60,359 nucleotides of DNA from Saprolegnia diclina VS20 (GCF_000281045.1 NW_008246120.1:1-60359); one strand, 5' to 3'; counted from the first letter of the stretch, positions 21,882 through 34,282 are shown. Program-made: numbers and translations. The notes: generated by a model not told the origin, from the letters alone.

Positions 21882-22489
21882 CTACTCGGAGGCCTCTTGC
21901 ACCCCGACGCACAAGAGCACTATCAGCGCCAAGTCGACACCGGGGGCGATGTCCACAATGTACTTGTCGCCGCTCAGTGTCCAGTCGCTTTCAAATTTTG
22001 CAATTGCGTGGCCGTCGCAACGAAAGACCATGTTCCAGGACCCGACGCTGCCCGAGGCCGTCAGTACATGACGCTGCTTGGTCATCACGTCGACGAATTC
22101 GCACGTGAGGTCCGTAGAGCCAAAAAAGTTGGTCACGTCAAAACCAAAAATGTGCGACGTGGCCTCACCGCGGCCGTTGGTTCGCAGAACGTCGCGATGA
22201 CCGAGCGAGAACGAGCGTTCTTCCATCGTTGCAACTTCGGTGCCGTAGGCGTCACGAAGCAGCTTGCGGTTGTGGAACGACCAGAACGCGCCGTCGACCA
22301 AGAAGAGTACGGGATGCCCGTTGCGGCGTCCTTGACACGGAACTCGCCCGAGTTGACCCAGTCGTTGTGGCGGATGTTGAGGCGCATCGGGCACTGCAAG
22401 ACAAACTTGGGGTCCACGGCCGTGATGGGCGTCGGTGGCACGACGAGTGGCGTCGCGATAACGTTTTCGTCCGACATGCACGCACCCAT
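21882..22489 (-). pseudogene. LURP-one-like copy 2, frameshifted (pseudogene or sequencing error)
   Basis: The MGACMS...GIPY frame switches to LVDGAFWS...DIAPGVDLALIVLLC; 14 nt lie between the Pro and Asp codons versus 12 in both paralogs (extra 2 nt near 22305). Confidence 0.7.
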
Positions 22490-22939
22490 GTTGTTCTTGT
22501 TCTTGTTGTTCAAAGCTTCAAATTGAAAAGTGAGCCTTCCACAAAGTGTATCTTGCTGCTCGTGTTGGGTGCGTCGAGTCACACGTTGGTGTTTATCGCA
22601 AACAGCTGTGTCCAACGTGGCCGCAACTGTCCACACAAGTCGGATTTCAGAGGCTCGGCAACAACACTATAATCAAACTCGAAATTCAACCGCACGCTCG
22701 AAAGTACCTCGATTGCTGGCCATAAGCCAGTACTGAGCTACGTAGACCAGGAACATATTTATGTATGTGTCAATGAAATTTAGTTGCGGGGCGGGCGGGC
22801 ATGAATACATGGAATACTATTCACCAATGATGGTGTTTTTAGAGCGTCCGCACCGATGAGGAAAGCTATCTGACAGAGGAAAACGCAACGCATTAGAAAT
22901 TGTCTGCAAAAGGTGGTATAGTCTTATGTTGAAATATTC

Positions 22940-23554
22940 TTACGAAAATATTGTCTCTGATGCCTCTTGCGCGCCAACGCACAAGAGAACAATGAGCGCC
23001 AAGTCGACGCCGGCCGCGACGTGCAAGAAATACTTGTCGCTCAGCGTCGCGTCCATCTCGAATGTCGCGATCACGTGGCCGTCGCAGCGAAATACCATGC
23101 TCCAAGTCCCGACACTGCCCGAGCCCGTCAGCTCATGACGCTGCTTGGTCACCAAGTCGACGAATTCGCATCGGACGTCAGTACAGACCAAGAAGAATGT
23201 CGTGTCAAAGCTAAAGACAAGGGACGTGGCCTCGCCGCTGTTGTTGATGCGCGACACGTCACGGCGTCCGCCCGATGTCCACGGCTCGTCCATCACTGCG
23301 ACTTCGACGCCCTTGGCGTCACGCAGCGTCTTGCGGTTGTGACACGGCCCAAGCGCGCCGTCGACAATGAAGTAGGGCGCACCGGTCGCAACGTCCTTGA
23401 TGCAAAAAGGTCGTCCCTCGTTGGACCAGTCATAGCGAGCGTGCAGGCGCATTGGTGTCTTCAAAACGAATCTCGGGTCGACGGCCGTGATGGGCGTTGA
23501 CGGCGCAACAAGGAGCGGCACAGGGATGGGCTCGTCCGACATACACGCGCCCAT
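22940..23554 (-). CDS. LURP-one/tubby C-terminal-like protein, copy 3
   Basis: 204 aa intact paralog, MGACMS...HVAAGVDLALIVLLC. Confidence 0.78.
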   Translation of the reverse strand: MGACMSDEPIPVPLLVAPSTPITAVDPRFVLKTPMRLHARYDWSNEGRPFCIKDVATGAPYFIVDGALGPCHNRKTLRDAKGVEVAVMDEPWTSGGRRDVSRINNSGEATSLVFSFDTTFFLVCTDVRCEFVDLVTKQRHELTGSGSVGTWSMVFRCDGHVIATFEMDATLSDKYFLHVAAGVDLALIVLLCVGAQEASETIFS

Positions 23555-23889
23555 ACTGTTGTCGACGCGTTAATTGCGGGTATGACGACCAGCCTCTGTC
23601 GGTGGTCAACGCCGTGGTGGCAGGACGTGTCCTACGCCCCTTCTTGTCCAGTACTTCTCTTCGGGTGTCCAACGCCGACGTGCAGCGCTCGCAAAGAAAC
23701 CCTCAATTATCAGAAGGGTTAGACTGGTAGCTTTTCGAGCTACTGTATTGCTGTACAGTACTACACGCTTGGAACGCGCTGGGAGCAGTAGGGTGAAACC
23801 TAGCCCCAGTCCTCAGTGACAAGTGAATGCAGTGCGTACTTTAGTGGGTGGTTTCGTATCTTTCACATAAGTACCTTTGAACATCTGGA

Positions 23890-24828
23890 ATGGATTCACA
23901 ATCATTTTTGAGCCGAGGAACCGAGGGAACATGGCGACGACGCGGGAAGCGCAGGCCATGGCGGTCGCGGAAGACGACAGCATGCAAGGGTAACTGGCCC
24001 ATCTTCATGCATCTCTTCCGTGGGCTCAACCCTCGTCCCCCTCTTCCTACCTTCCTGCGCAGACTCCCATGGGTCCTCTACCACGACAGCGCGTCCAACA
24101 TGCCCTGCTACGTCAACTCGGTGACGCAGGACGTCCTTTGGGGCCTTCCCCTCGAGAGCGAGACGCATACCATCTACCGCGTCGCGCGGGCCGTCTCTCG
24201 AGACCACCCACGCCGTCGACGGGCCATGTCCTTGCCCGACCTGCGCCGGAGCATCACGCACCACACATACGGGCGCATCGACCTGTCCCTACAGCTCGTC
24301 CAGGCGACCAAGGCCAAAGTCGAAAAAGACCGTGTCGATCCCAAGGCGCCGGCGCTCCACGAGAAGGCCCGTGCCTACCTCACCATCGCTCACCTCCACT
24401 GCGACTACATGACGCGCTTCTACCACGAGAACGGGACCGACTACTCGAATGAAAAGTACCGGCACCTCCACGCCTTCCGACTTCCTCCGTACGGCAGCAG
24501 CTCGACGCAGCAGGAGATGGAACCGAGCTCGCTCTACCAGTCGATCGTCTCGAGTGCGCATTACCGATCGTTTGTTGGCAAGATTGAGAACGATACGGCG
24601 TCTGCTCCAAGTGCCGGACCAAGCCCTGCCATGGAAGGCAACAAGAGAATTCTGGACGACCCCCAGATCGTCGAGGCGCCTCGGCATCGCCAGAAGAAAC
24701 GACTCAGCGCCAAGGCCAAGCGTGCCCAGTACCACGCCCGCCGGCTCGACAACGATATCATCGGTGCTTCGCGTGACGTCGACAACAACCAAGAGGACTT
24801 CAGCTGCATGGCCGCGCTTCCTGCGTAG
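23890..24828 (+). CDS. Hypothetical WW-domain protein (start uncertain)
   Basis: LPWVLYHDSASNMPCYVNSVTQDVLWGLP fits the WW consensus; basic NLS-like RHRQKKR stretch. Confidence 0.6.
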   Translation: MDSQSFLSRGTEGTWRRRGKRRPWRSRKTTACKGNWPIFMHLFRGLNPRPPLPTFLRRLPWVLYHDSASNMPCYVNSVTQDVLWGLPLESETHTIYRVARAVSRDHPRRRRAMSLPDLRRSITHHTYGRIDLSLQLVQATKAKVEKDRVDPKAPALHEKARAYLTIAHLHCDYMTRFYHENGTDYSNEKYRHLHAFRLPPYGSSSTQQEMEPSSLYQSIVSSAHYRSFVGKIENDTASAPSAGPSPAMEGNKRILDDPQIVEAPRHRQKKRLSAKAKRAQYHARRLDNDIIGASRDVDNNQEDFSCMAALPA

Positions 24829-24888
24829 TCCCTTGCCCGTCTGGGAGCAACACTTGTGTCGTGCGACTAACTTGGATATGGATTGACT

Positions 24889-25422
24889 TTAAACGGGTTT
24901 CGGCATCGTGCACGGGACAAGCGGACTCTGAAACATGGCGCGGTTGTAGGCAATGGACGTCATCGCTTGCTTGGGCAAGCACCACGTTCGCTGCATCGCA
25001 TGCATGCACTGCTCGTCCACCATGGCTTTTGTCAGTCTACAAGAATAGTTAGCAACCTTGTAGGAGTCAGCGTCGTACAGTCGAAGACTCTGGCGAGCAA
25101 ATTGATAGAGGTCCTTGCCCGTGACGGACGTCTGCAGCCGGGCCAATTGGCTCGGGTCGATGCCCCACTCGGCCCTACAGGTGCTCAGCCAGTGCGCGTC
25201 ATCGCTCGCCGCGACGCGAAGCTGGCGACACACTTGGCCGACGGCGGCAAGAGCCGCGCCATCGAGGTACCCCAAGATCGCCCCAATGCTCTCGTCCGTG
25301 ATCCCGCCCAGGATGCCGACTGGCACATAGCGGCGGCGATGGGGGTGCACGACCAACTGGTACTGAGGGTTGACCACAATCCAGTTGTCGGACTCGTTGC
25401 GGGTCGCGTGGGGTCGGGGCAT
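24889..25422 (-). CDS. F-box protein
   Basis: ITDESIGAILGYLDGAALAAVGQVCRQLRVAASDDAHW fits an F-box; probable in-frame short intron near 25036-25077. Confidence 0.7.
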   Translation of the reverse strand: MPRPHATRNESDNWIVVNPQYQLVVHPHRRRYVPVGILGGITDESIGAILGYLDGAALAAVGQVCRQLRVAASDDAHWLSTCRAEWGIDPSQLARLQTSVTGKDLYQFARQSLRLYDADSYKVANYSCRLTKAMVDEQCMHAMQRTWCLPKQAMTSIAYNRAMFQSPLVPCTMPKPV

Positions 25423-25629
25423 CTTGGGGCCTTTTGGCGCGTTCAGAAATGCCGTGTCCCAACCAGATTTATATGTCGCCTCCCGAAAGCTAAATTTGGC
25501 GCGACCGCAGTTTGTGCCATATTGGGCGAGCCGTTGGTATCGGTTGGCGGCTAAAATGGGCGATGAGCCGGCCCGACATACTGCTGCAGCATCCACAAAG
25601 TACTCGTCGCATGCAATAAGATTCAGAGC

Positions 25630-26247
25630 TTAAAGATCGGTGTTGGCGATGCACTTGTTGACGACGTTGAGCAAATGAGCGTTCTCGAGCGCGGCCGCGA
25701 CGCGCTCCTTGTCGTTGAGCTGCTTGTTGACTAGTCACCGCAATAAGATTGGAATCGACAAGGCAGGGTACGTACTGGCGTCTTCGGTAATGTGTGTGCC
25801 CGGCGTGATGCGAATGTCGACCTTGAAGCGCTTTGGCAGCGAGCGCAACAGCTTGACGCGAATGCAGAGGCCAATGAGCGTGGCCATGCTACAGGCATCG
25901 ACGGTTGACAAAGATGCATCGACGAGAGGACTCGTATCACCTGCAGTGCGGGATGGTGGGCGTGAACTGGACCTTGACGCGGCTTGTTGCGTTGTCCACG
26001 AGGATGTTGTCGAGCGTCATGACCTTGAGCTGCTCGAGCGTCAGCGGGTGCTCGGGGTCGTTGAGATGGCGCAGAATCTCTACGATGGCACGGTCAGCGC
26101 TCTTCGCTTCCGAGGCGACGACGAACCAAAGACTTCGAGCGCATCGAACGGGTCCGCGCTCTCTTCGTCCGTCACCTTCTCGACCCGGCGCTCCGTCGCG
26201 CTCGCGTACACGGTCGGGTTGGCATTTTGCTTCTCCGCGCCGGCCAT
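25630..26247 (-). CDS. CIAO2B: Cytosolic Fe-S assembly component MIP18/CIAO2 (FAM96B-like), 4 exons
   Basis: [32 protein letters not shown] and [16 protein letters not shown]. Confidence 0.93.
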
Positions 26248-27440
26248 CGTCGTTGTTGGCGTCTTGTATGGTGCACGGCCAATCACATTGCACTTTCAAA
26301 TATCTTGGTGTCTGTATGCTCTTAAAAGCGGCATTTGCCGCGTTCAAGACGGTATTCTGTTTCTGGCACACCAACAGACACAAATGCGAGATCTTATTGA
26401 TCTCAGCCCTGCAAGGATCTGATCGACTTGTGCCTCAGCACACAGAAGGAGCTCGCTCAGCTAGCTTGCTAAAGAAATGATCATTGAAGTAACAGGTTGA
26501 GAGTGGAGGCGACCCCGAGCCTCCGCTTCCGAGCGAATGGATCCATTAACGTTAGATCAGGGCGTCAGAGCCAGGCCTCAGCGGCTGCCACAAGCGTCGC
26601 GCTGTGCGCAGCTGCGATTGAACTTCAAGCGTCGAAATCGAATCCCGCCCCAAGGTGCCTGCAGCATCATGCAGGCCCCTTTCACGTTACGTGCCTGTCC
26701 TTGTCCACGTGCCGGTAGTGCGTGCATGACGGAACGCGTTCACTGCGGTGTCGTTGACGCCATTGCTCAGACAGTGCCCGTTGGCCTGTCTTTAGGCCCT
26801 GACGCCATCACCGGATCTGCGAAGAGCTCGTTCGCGATGGAAAGGCTGCCGAACGATCGATCGAACGTGTTGTGAATGAACCAAATTGCCAAAAAGAGGT
26901 GATCGAAAGCGGCCAACAAAAAGTGATATATAAAACACTCAACTTGGCATCTGCCGCCCACGAGCAGCCGAGGCAGCGAACCACACGAGGCTCTGTCGCG
27001 CTTCGACCAGGGTTGTGAGGTTGTCCGTACAAGCCATAGACAAGTGTCGTGTAGCTATTCTACAACCCGACCAAATGCGCTCCAGCCAATATATATGGCG
27101 CTAAGCATGCATAGCGCGCCAAGAGCTGCCCATCTTCAGGATTTCCCATCAAATCCCTCTCCCACATGTCGTCATTTTGACTGCGAGGAGATCGACACGA
27201 GCCGTCTTGGGTCAACCCGCCGCACCGCAGCTGCGCAATGGCGGTGGCGGCTGCGGTCGGTTGCGTGCAATTAGTGGCTGGTAGCGTCTACGATTGGTGC
27301 CAAAAAGGGTGGCTCTTGGCGTTTGTATACTGGACTACGCTTCGAGGCGAAGTTCGAAGCATCAAGTATCTTGCTGCCCTAGGGCAAGCTGGCTAGCGAC
27401 AGCAAGACGACGGGTGCGTAGTACCGCAGAGAAGCGGGCG

Positions 27441-28972
27441 ATGGAGAAGGGAGCGTTGAACCGCCTGCGAAGCTCGAGCGCCCACATGTACAGCATCTCG
27501 GGCCAGCGCACGGCCGAGAACCAGGCCATGAAGATGAACACGTTCCCCGCCGACATTGGCGCGCCCGTCGAGCCGATGCAGGACGCGGGCGAGGCCGCTA
27601 CCGTCGACGAGGTACCCTGCCTCCAAGCCACGGTGCTGCGCACGCACCAGCGGTCGATCGACGAGACCATGGTGTGGTCGACGGTCACGCCAACCGAGAT
27701 TGCGCCGACGGCGTCGAGCGACGACAACAGCGTCGTGTCGCGCATTGCGACGCTCTCGGTGCTGCGCGACCAAGGCTTCATTGACGAAGACGAGTTCCAG
27801 CGGCGGAAGAAAGCTATCATCGACGAGCTCACGTACCCGCGCCGGATAGGCGGCCGGGGCGCGCTGCAGCCCGGCGCGGGCCTCCCGCTCATCGTCGCGC
27901 ACCCGCCCAACTTTGGCGGCCTCGTCCCCGAAGACGCGATTCGACACACGTTCAACTATACAACGCGGCAATGGGAAACCTCCAAGGTAGAGCTTTTAAC
28001 GTCTCCAACCTCGATGACGAGCTCACGCATCCTCCTCGTCTAGGTGACGATCGTGCTGGACGAGACGCCGTTCGCAAAGGGCAGTCTCCGGCTCGTGTAC
28101 CATCTCCAAGACATCACCGAAGCCGCGACCACGTATGTCGCCAAGGTCGCGATCGACCCAGACGAGGACCCAGAGACGTACTTTCGCGACATTGAGCTCC
28201 AAGCCCACTGCGCCCACTACGCGAATATGTACAACGAGTACAAGCCGCCCAAGCGCGTCGAGTTCATCGAAGCGTGGGTCCTCGAGCTCAAGCAGCGGTA
28301 CATCGAGCGACTAGGAGTGTGCTCGTGATTGAAATGCCATGTTGTAGGAGCGGCGCGCTCTGCGCCGTCGAGCGCTACATCCCCGGCGAGTACCGCAAGC
28401 ACAACAACAATTTTGGTAGCGTCAGCGACGAAGAGCGCAACACGCCGCAGGCCTTTTCGCACTTTACATACGAAGTGTCCAACCACGAGCTCCTCGCCGT
28501 CGACATCCAAGGCGTCGGCGACCGGTACACCGACCCACAGGTAGTCATCCATTGTATATTATCAACGTATCAAGCTGAAACGTAGATTCACACACTCAAC
28601 GGCCACGATTTTGGGAAAGGCAACCTCGGCGCACTCGGGTTTCAGAAGTTTTTGCACTCGCACCGGTGCAACTCGATCTGCACGTACCTCAAGCTGCCGC
28701 CCGTGAACCCCAAGGTCCTCAACTCATTTTCCTCGAATTATTTATTGATTTTTTGTTTCATGCAGGAACGCTACAAGGACTATGGCACGGTGCCCGTGCA
28801 GGAGCTCATGAACTCGGACCGCATTAAAGAGGTGCGCTTCGAGAGCAAGCACTATTACGAGAACGCGCCCATGCTGCAGAAATACGTCGCACAGTGCAAA
28901 GAGGACGAGTCGGCGCACGCGACTGCGTCGACGCGGTCGTGTCATTTCTGCGGCCTCTGTGCCATCCAATAA
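27441..28972 (+). CDS. Alpha-kinase (eEF2K/MHCK family) with N-terminal SHOCT-like segment and C-terminal CaaX, multi-exon
   Basis: PFAKGSLRLVY, VERYIPGEYRKHNNNFG, PQAFSHFTYE, LLAVDIQGVG..YTDPQIH and GKGNLG...HRCNSIC; ends CGLCAIQ*. Confidence 0.92.
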
Positions 28973-29092
28973 GATGCTATCAACACCCGACTACCATGAG
29001 CGTTGTGTGTCGACCAACACGCTCGGATCGCATGACCGACAGCATGCTCATTCTCACTTTCACACGACAACGACGACCAGAGGTGACAAATC

Positions 29093-30476
29093 TTAGTTGG
29101 TCTTGGACTTGCCGGCGAGCGCTTGCATGTCCCGGTCCAGCGTCTCGGCAAACGCGTCGAGCGAGAAGAGGTCGGCCGCCCGCTGCTTGCCCGCAGCACC
29201 GAGGGTAGCGCATAGACCGTTGGCATTTTCGACCAGCATCGCGAGCACAGCACCCCACGCTTCGCCCGTCGGCGCGCAGTGAAAGCCCGTGACGCCGTGC
29301 ACGATCGACTCGAGCGGCCCGCCCGTGTTGGCGGCGACGATCGGGGTGCCGCAGGCCATGGCCTCCACCGGCACGATGCCAAAGTGTTCAAAGCTCGGCG
29401 TATACAGGATCGCGCGCGCTTGCAAGAGCAGGTGGAGCTTGGTCGCATTCGAAATCGACGTCAAAAAGGTCACATGCGACGCCAAGTCGTGCGCGGCCAC
29501 GTGCGCCTGAAGCTCGCGGAGATGCTCGGCGTTCTCGACGTTGAGCGGGTCGTACCCGCCGGCGATCACGAGGTGCACTGAGGCAAAGACGTTTGCTTCG
29601 ATGCGGGTGCGCAGCGCGACGAGCGCGTCCAGTGCGAGCGCAATGTTCTTCTTGCGCTCAAACCGGTTGAGCGAGACAAAGAGGCACTTGTGGGCGAGCA
29701 ACGACTGCAGCTGCGCGTCGCTATGTGGCGGCGGCGCGGACGCAAAGTCGGCGAGGTTGACGGGCGGGTACAGAATGCTCAGCTGCCGCGACGCCAAGGA
29801 TGGGAACGCACTTTGGAAGACGGACGCCGTGAATTTGCTATTGACGACGATCGTGTCGGCCGCATCTACCGAGGACGACATGAGACAAAGTGCAAAGCGC
29901 GCGCGTTCTACAGGTCGTGACTTCCTCGAGCTTGTCGAGCGGCCACCGGTACAGCTGCTTGATGGGCGACGAACGATCCGTGCAGAGGAGCTTGTCGGGG
30001 TAGTGCCCGTAAAAGTACACGGGGCGCCCCAAGAACGCGCGCAGAAACGGCACGGGCAGCGCGACTTGGTCGACGATGAAGACGTCGGCGTCCCACTGCT
30101 GCAGCGCCAGTCGCAGCGTAATGTACAGCATGCGGACAAACGCGCACGCGGCGTACATGCGCCCGAGGATCGTCCGCGGCAGCCAGTCGCCATACACTAC
30201 GACGAAGCGCGCGAGTGGGCCGTCGCCACGCGTCTCCTCAAAGCAATGACCCTTGTCGTGGTGCGCTGTGAAGAGGTGCACGACGTAGCCTTTGGACTGC
30301 AGCGCGACGGCGGCGTTCACGATGAGGTTTTCGGCGCCGCCAATCCCGAGGTCGGGATGCAGAAAGGCCACCTTGCGCGGATGGCGAGGCGCCGACGCAG
30401 GCAGCGAGCGGATAAAGCCGCCATAGATGAGCCAGAGCGCGGCCAGAGCGAGAGCGTAGAGCACATAGTCGGCCAT
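29093..30476 (-). CDS. ALG2: Alpha-1,3/1,6-mannosyltransferase ALG2 (2 exons)
   Basis: VAFLHPDLGIGGAE, HCFEET, FYGHYPDKLL, SLNRFERKKN and LYTPSFEHFGIVPVEAM. Confidence 0.93.
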
Positions 30477-31753
30477 CGTCGTTGAACAGCAGCCGCACGG
30501 AGCCATGACGCAGCTTCGTGTCAAAAATCTATGGCACGGTTTACAAGCGGTTGGTAACCGTTATTCGAAAGTCGAGACTATAGTCGGTTAACGTAATCTA
30601 ACCGGCTAGAGTTGAGACGACACGGCGACGTCTCGGAGGTTCCCGCCAACTCGACCAAAATATGTTGTCATGACACCAGAGTTCCATCGATGTACTTCCT
30701 ACTACTTGTGAAAGCTCAAGCTAATCTAGACTTGTACAGCAGAGATGGCGTGTTGAGGTGCGCAAGCACCTTGTCGATTTCCGCCATATTCCAAGCCGAA
30801 CGCTCCAGAAGAGCGCAAGGTCTCTGCAAGCTTACGCGATCGGCTCCATGTCGTCGACGCACTGCCAGTCGACGCCATTGGCACAGATTACACTGCCGTA
30901 TCGGCGCAGACAACGCATCTTTGGTCGCAAAACGCGTGTGTGGCGAGCGTCCCACCTCAAAGTATCAAGTGACAGCCAATCACAAGAACGCAATGCATCC
31001 GAGCAACCAATCAAATCATAGAGTTAAGATTCAACCGTCAATCCAACAGCTCTGAATCTTTCGACACAATACGGACTTCGATGGCTGTCTCACAGCGCCT
31101 CTTGAACGACGACACGACCGCCCAAATCGAACGTCGGTCCAGCACACGCCTCGGCCGATGGCGACGCAAAAGATGTCGCTCGACTTCATTCCGCGCCAGC
31201 TCTTGTAAGCTTACTACGATCGGGTGAGAACGCTTTGCTGCGTGTCGCGATTGCACTGCGCATCTCATCGACTCGCTGTATGTTTGCGTATGGCGAGATG
31301 CCTCGTCGGTTCCTCCAGCCAATAAAGCCAGGACGAGCTCGGAATCGCCGCATTAACAACACGCAGGCTTACGTGCATGGCCGCCTGCCTCGAATATGAC
31401 GCCAGTCGAGACTGCACAAACGGAGATTTCAGGTCCTTCGTTTCTCGCGCTCGTGCCACGCCACTTGCATCCGCCGCCTTTCTTCAAGAGCACCAAGTTA
31501 CTCACGGGCAGAACTCGCCGTCGATGGGACCCCCCATTACGCAAAAAGGCCACCCCCCGTACAATATTAATATGTTTTTCTACTGTGCATACAATACACA
31601 AGTGGAAGATGCTGAAATACAAAGAACAATTTGATCGCGACGCAACGTTCGATTGTATTTGGTAGGACCCGCACTCGTTTGTCAGCGCCGTCGCCCACGT
31701 TCTATTTTCAAAAACACGGTTGCCCGATCGCTACGACCTCGTACGACTAGAGC

Positions 31754-32518
31754 ATGGCGACGTCTCCAATCACTTCCCCGCGTATGCCACTCTCGCGCTC
31801 CAACTCGCCAGAGCTCGAGGGCGCGCCGGTTGCGCCAGCACCCGCGCCGGCACCCGCGCCGGCACCTCGGCGTGAGGCAAACTGCTCGACGTTCTTCCTT
31901 GGCGACGGCGACGATCCGACGCACGTCGAGTACAACTGGTGCGGCGAGCCGCTTGGCCTCGAGCTGCAGCGCCCGCGCCTCAAGGAGCTCAAGCCCATTA
32001 TGATCCTGTGGCGCGAAGGCTCCGTGGGCATTACCTTTGGCATTGAGCAAGCGACGCGCAAGGTCGTAGTCAAGCGCACGTCGCGCAAGGAACACGACGT
32101 GGCGCCGGGCTACATTCTTCTGAGCGTGAACGGTCAATCGGTATGGGAGCGCAACTTTGACTTTGCGATGCGCGAGCTCAAGATTGGCCACGAAGCCGGC
32201 CGCACGCAGTCGCTCGAGTTCATTGCGCCGCCGCCGCCGCCGCTCGTCAAGGCCGTGCCCGCCAACGGCGTCCTCGAGCGCGCTGGCGTCAACTCGTTTT
32301 TTGAACTCAAGTCGATCAACGGCATCCAGACGCGGTACCTCTCGCTCGAGCAGATCTCGACGCTCATGCGCCAGACCATCAAGCCGTGCGTCATCTGCTT
32401 TGCGCTCAGCGCCGAAGCCCAAGAGCTCGCCAACACCAAGGCTGCGATCACGACGGGGCGCGTTCAAACCGGCGCGTCCCTCGCGGTCGCGGCGGTCTTT
32501 GCCGCGGTCTGTATTTAA
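31754..32518 (+). CDS. PDZ-like domain protein
   Basis: SVGITFG...VAPGYILLSVNGQSV and LERAGV...ELKSINGIQTRYLSLEQISTLMR resemble two PDZ-like units; hydrophobic C-terminus. Confidence 0.55.
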   Translation: MATSPITSPRMPLSRSNSPELEGAPVAPAPAPAPAPAPRREANCSTFFLGDGDDPTHVEYNWCGEPLGLELQRPRLKELKPIMILWREGSVGITFGIEQATRKVVVKRTSRKEHDVAPGYILLSVNGQSVWERNFDFAMRELKIGHEAGRTQSLEFIAPPPPPLVKAVPANGVLERAGVNSFFELKSINGIQTRYLSLEQISTLMRQTIKPCVICFALSAEAQELANTKAAITTGRVQTGASLAVAAVFAAVCI

Positions 32519-32565
32519 ATCCCTTGTTTTCGCTTTTTGCAGTATCAATGTATCAACAGGGGCTC

Positions 32566-33818
32566 TCACGGGGACACCTTTTTGAACGCCGACGGGCACA
32601 AGTGCGAGACGGTGCAGACGTCGCAGCGCGGGTTCAGTGGATGACAGACCTCTTGGCCAAACCCGACGAGCATCGCATTCACAGGGTTCCATTTGTCGTA
32701 CGGAAGCCAGTCTTCGAGCTCCTACAGCTCTTTTGAGCGTGCGCTATGAGATCGTCCGAGTACCTTGCGCGTCTTTTCGGGGTCTTGGCTCTTGGGGTTT
32801 TGCTTGTTCCACGTTTTGACCCACCCGAGGCGGTTCGAGATGCGATGCACGTGCACGTCCACGCAGATACCGACGGTCCTATCGCCATGGGTCATCCCGA
32901 GTTGACTACCGACTTGCGTACTTTTCCCAGGCAGCCGACATGGTCAAATGGGCCATTTTGGGCCCGACGCCGGGTAGCGCCATGAGTTCGTCAAACGTTG
33001 GCGGAATGTCCGAGTCGTATTTGTCCTGCAGAATGGCGCCTACTCGTGCTTGAGCATATGGCATCACGATGCGCTTACAAGTCTTGTGGAGGTACGTGGC
33101 CTTGTTGTTGAAGAAGCCCACGGGGCGTAAGAGCTGTGCGAGCTCGTTGCCGTCGGTGGCGAGGATGTTGGCCACCGTGAGCCCTGTGCATGCGTGAGTC
33201 GCCATCGATCAAAGGAGCAGAATTGGTAGTACCGTGCTTCTTGAGACGCTCCATGGCGGCAGCCGTGACCGGATCTTTGGTTTGGCTGCTTAGCATGGAT
33301 GCCACGAGCACATGAAAGCGGCGAAGAGGAGGGGCCAGCGACGGGTCGTTGAACGACTAGGCGAGACAAAGGACATCAGCGGAGAATGGTATCAAAGCAA
33401 GTACCTCGCAACCTTGGTTGTCGACAGCAGCCGTGCGCTCGGCGCGCATGAACGCAATGCCGTCCCACACTTGCTCCCAGTTTGCGCGCTCGGCCTTCTG
33501 CTTCTTGACCTTGACATCGCCATCGGGCGGCTTGGCCACATCGTCATGAATCCCAAGCTTCTCGAGAGGGATTGCTTCGTCTGCTAGTAATGGCTCGACC
33601 TTGGCCTTGCGCTTGGACCGCGTCGTTGGCGTCTTGGGCGTCGTTGGAGGTTCGGGCTCCGCTTTGATCAGCGGCTCGCGCTTGACGTGTACCTTGGTCG
33701 CGCTAGGCTCTAGCTTTGGCGCAGCCTCGCTTCCGCGCTTGGAGCTCGCGAACCGCGGCGAGCGCACGGTGCGCACAATGTGCTTGGACTCGGCAACGGC
33801 TCGGCTGCGTAGTTGCAT
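32566..33818 (-). CDS. NTH1: Endonuclease III homolog (HhH-GPD glycosylase, 4Fe-4S), multi-exon
   Basis: [17 protein letters not shown], Hh[29 protein letters not shown] and C-x6-C-x2-C-x5-C ([17 protein letters not shown]). Confidence 0.93.
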
Positions 33819-34282
33819 CTTGGGGGAACAGTGAACTTCCAGGTGCATCGTCACAGTATATCTCAGCATTCTAAAATAGAGTGTATAAAATTCATAAATA
33901 CTGTAATAGTGTGTGCCTATCATGGCATCTTGCTGAGAAAGCCGATGATGTTCTGCAGCAGCCTTTTGAACACCTTCCGCGCTGTGATTCAGCTGCAGTG
34001 GCATCAGTTCGAGGCTACCCTTGTCATGCACTGCAGCATTGGACGTTCAGCCCTCGATCCCGCTCTCATTTCTGCAGTAATTGTCAACCAAACCACCAGG
34101 TGGGCGCTCTTCAACGGGTATTCACCAAGCACAGCCAAATGCGTGACGATCTCCGGAAGTCCGTAGCAACCCGTGGTGAGATGTGAGCCCCAGAAGCTCC
34201 AGAGCTCTCCGCTGCAGCTACTGCCAGGCTCAGCTGCGGCGAGGACTGCGAGCCTGCCAATAGAACTGGAGTAGTACTACGA

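Noticed and set aside
30600..31700. Protein-like fragments (MSLDFIPRQLL*AYYD...LIDSLYVCVWRD)
   Set aside because: Interrupted by stops with no identifiable family; at best a decayed pseudogene
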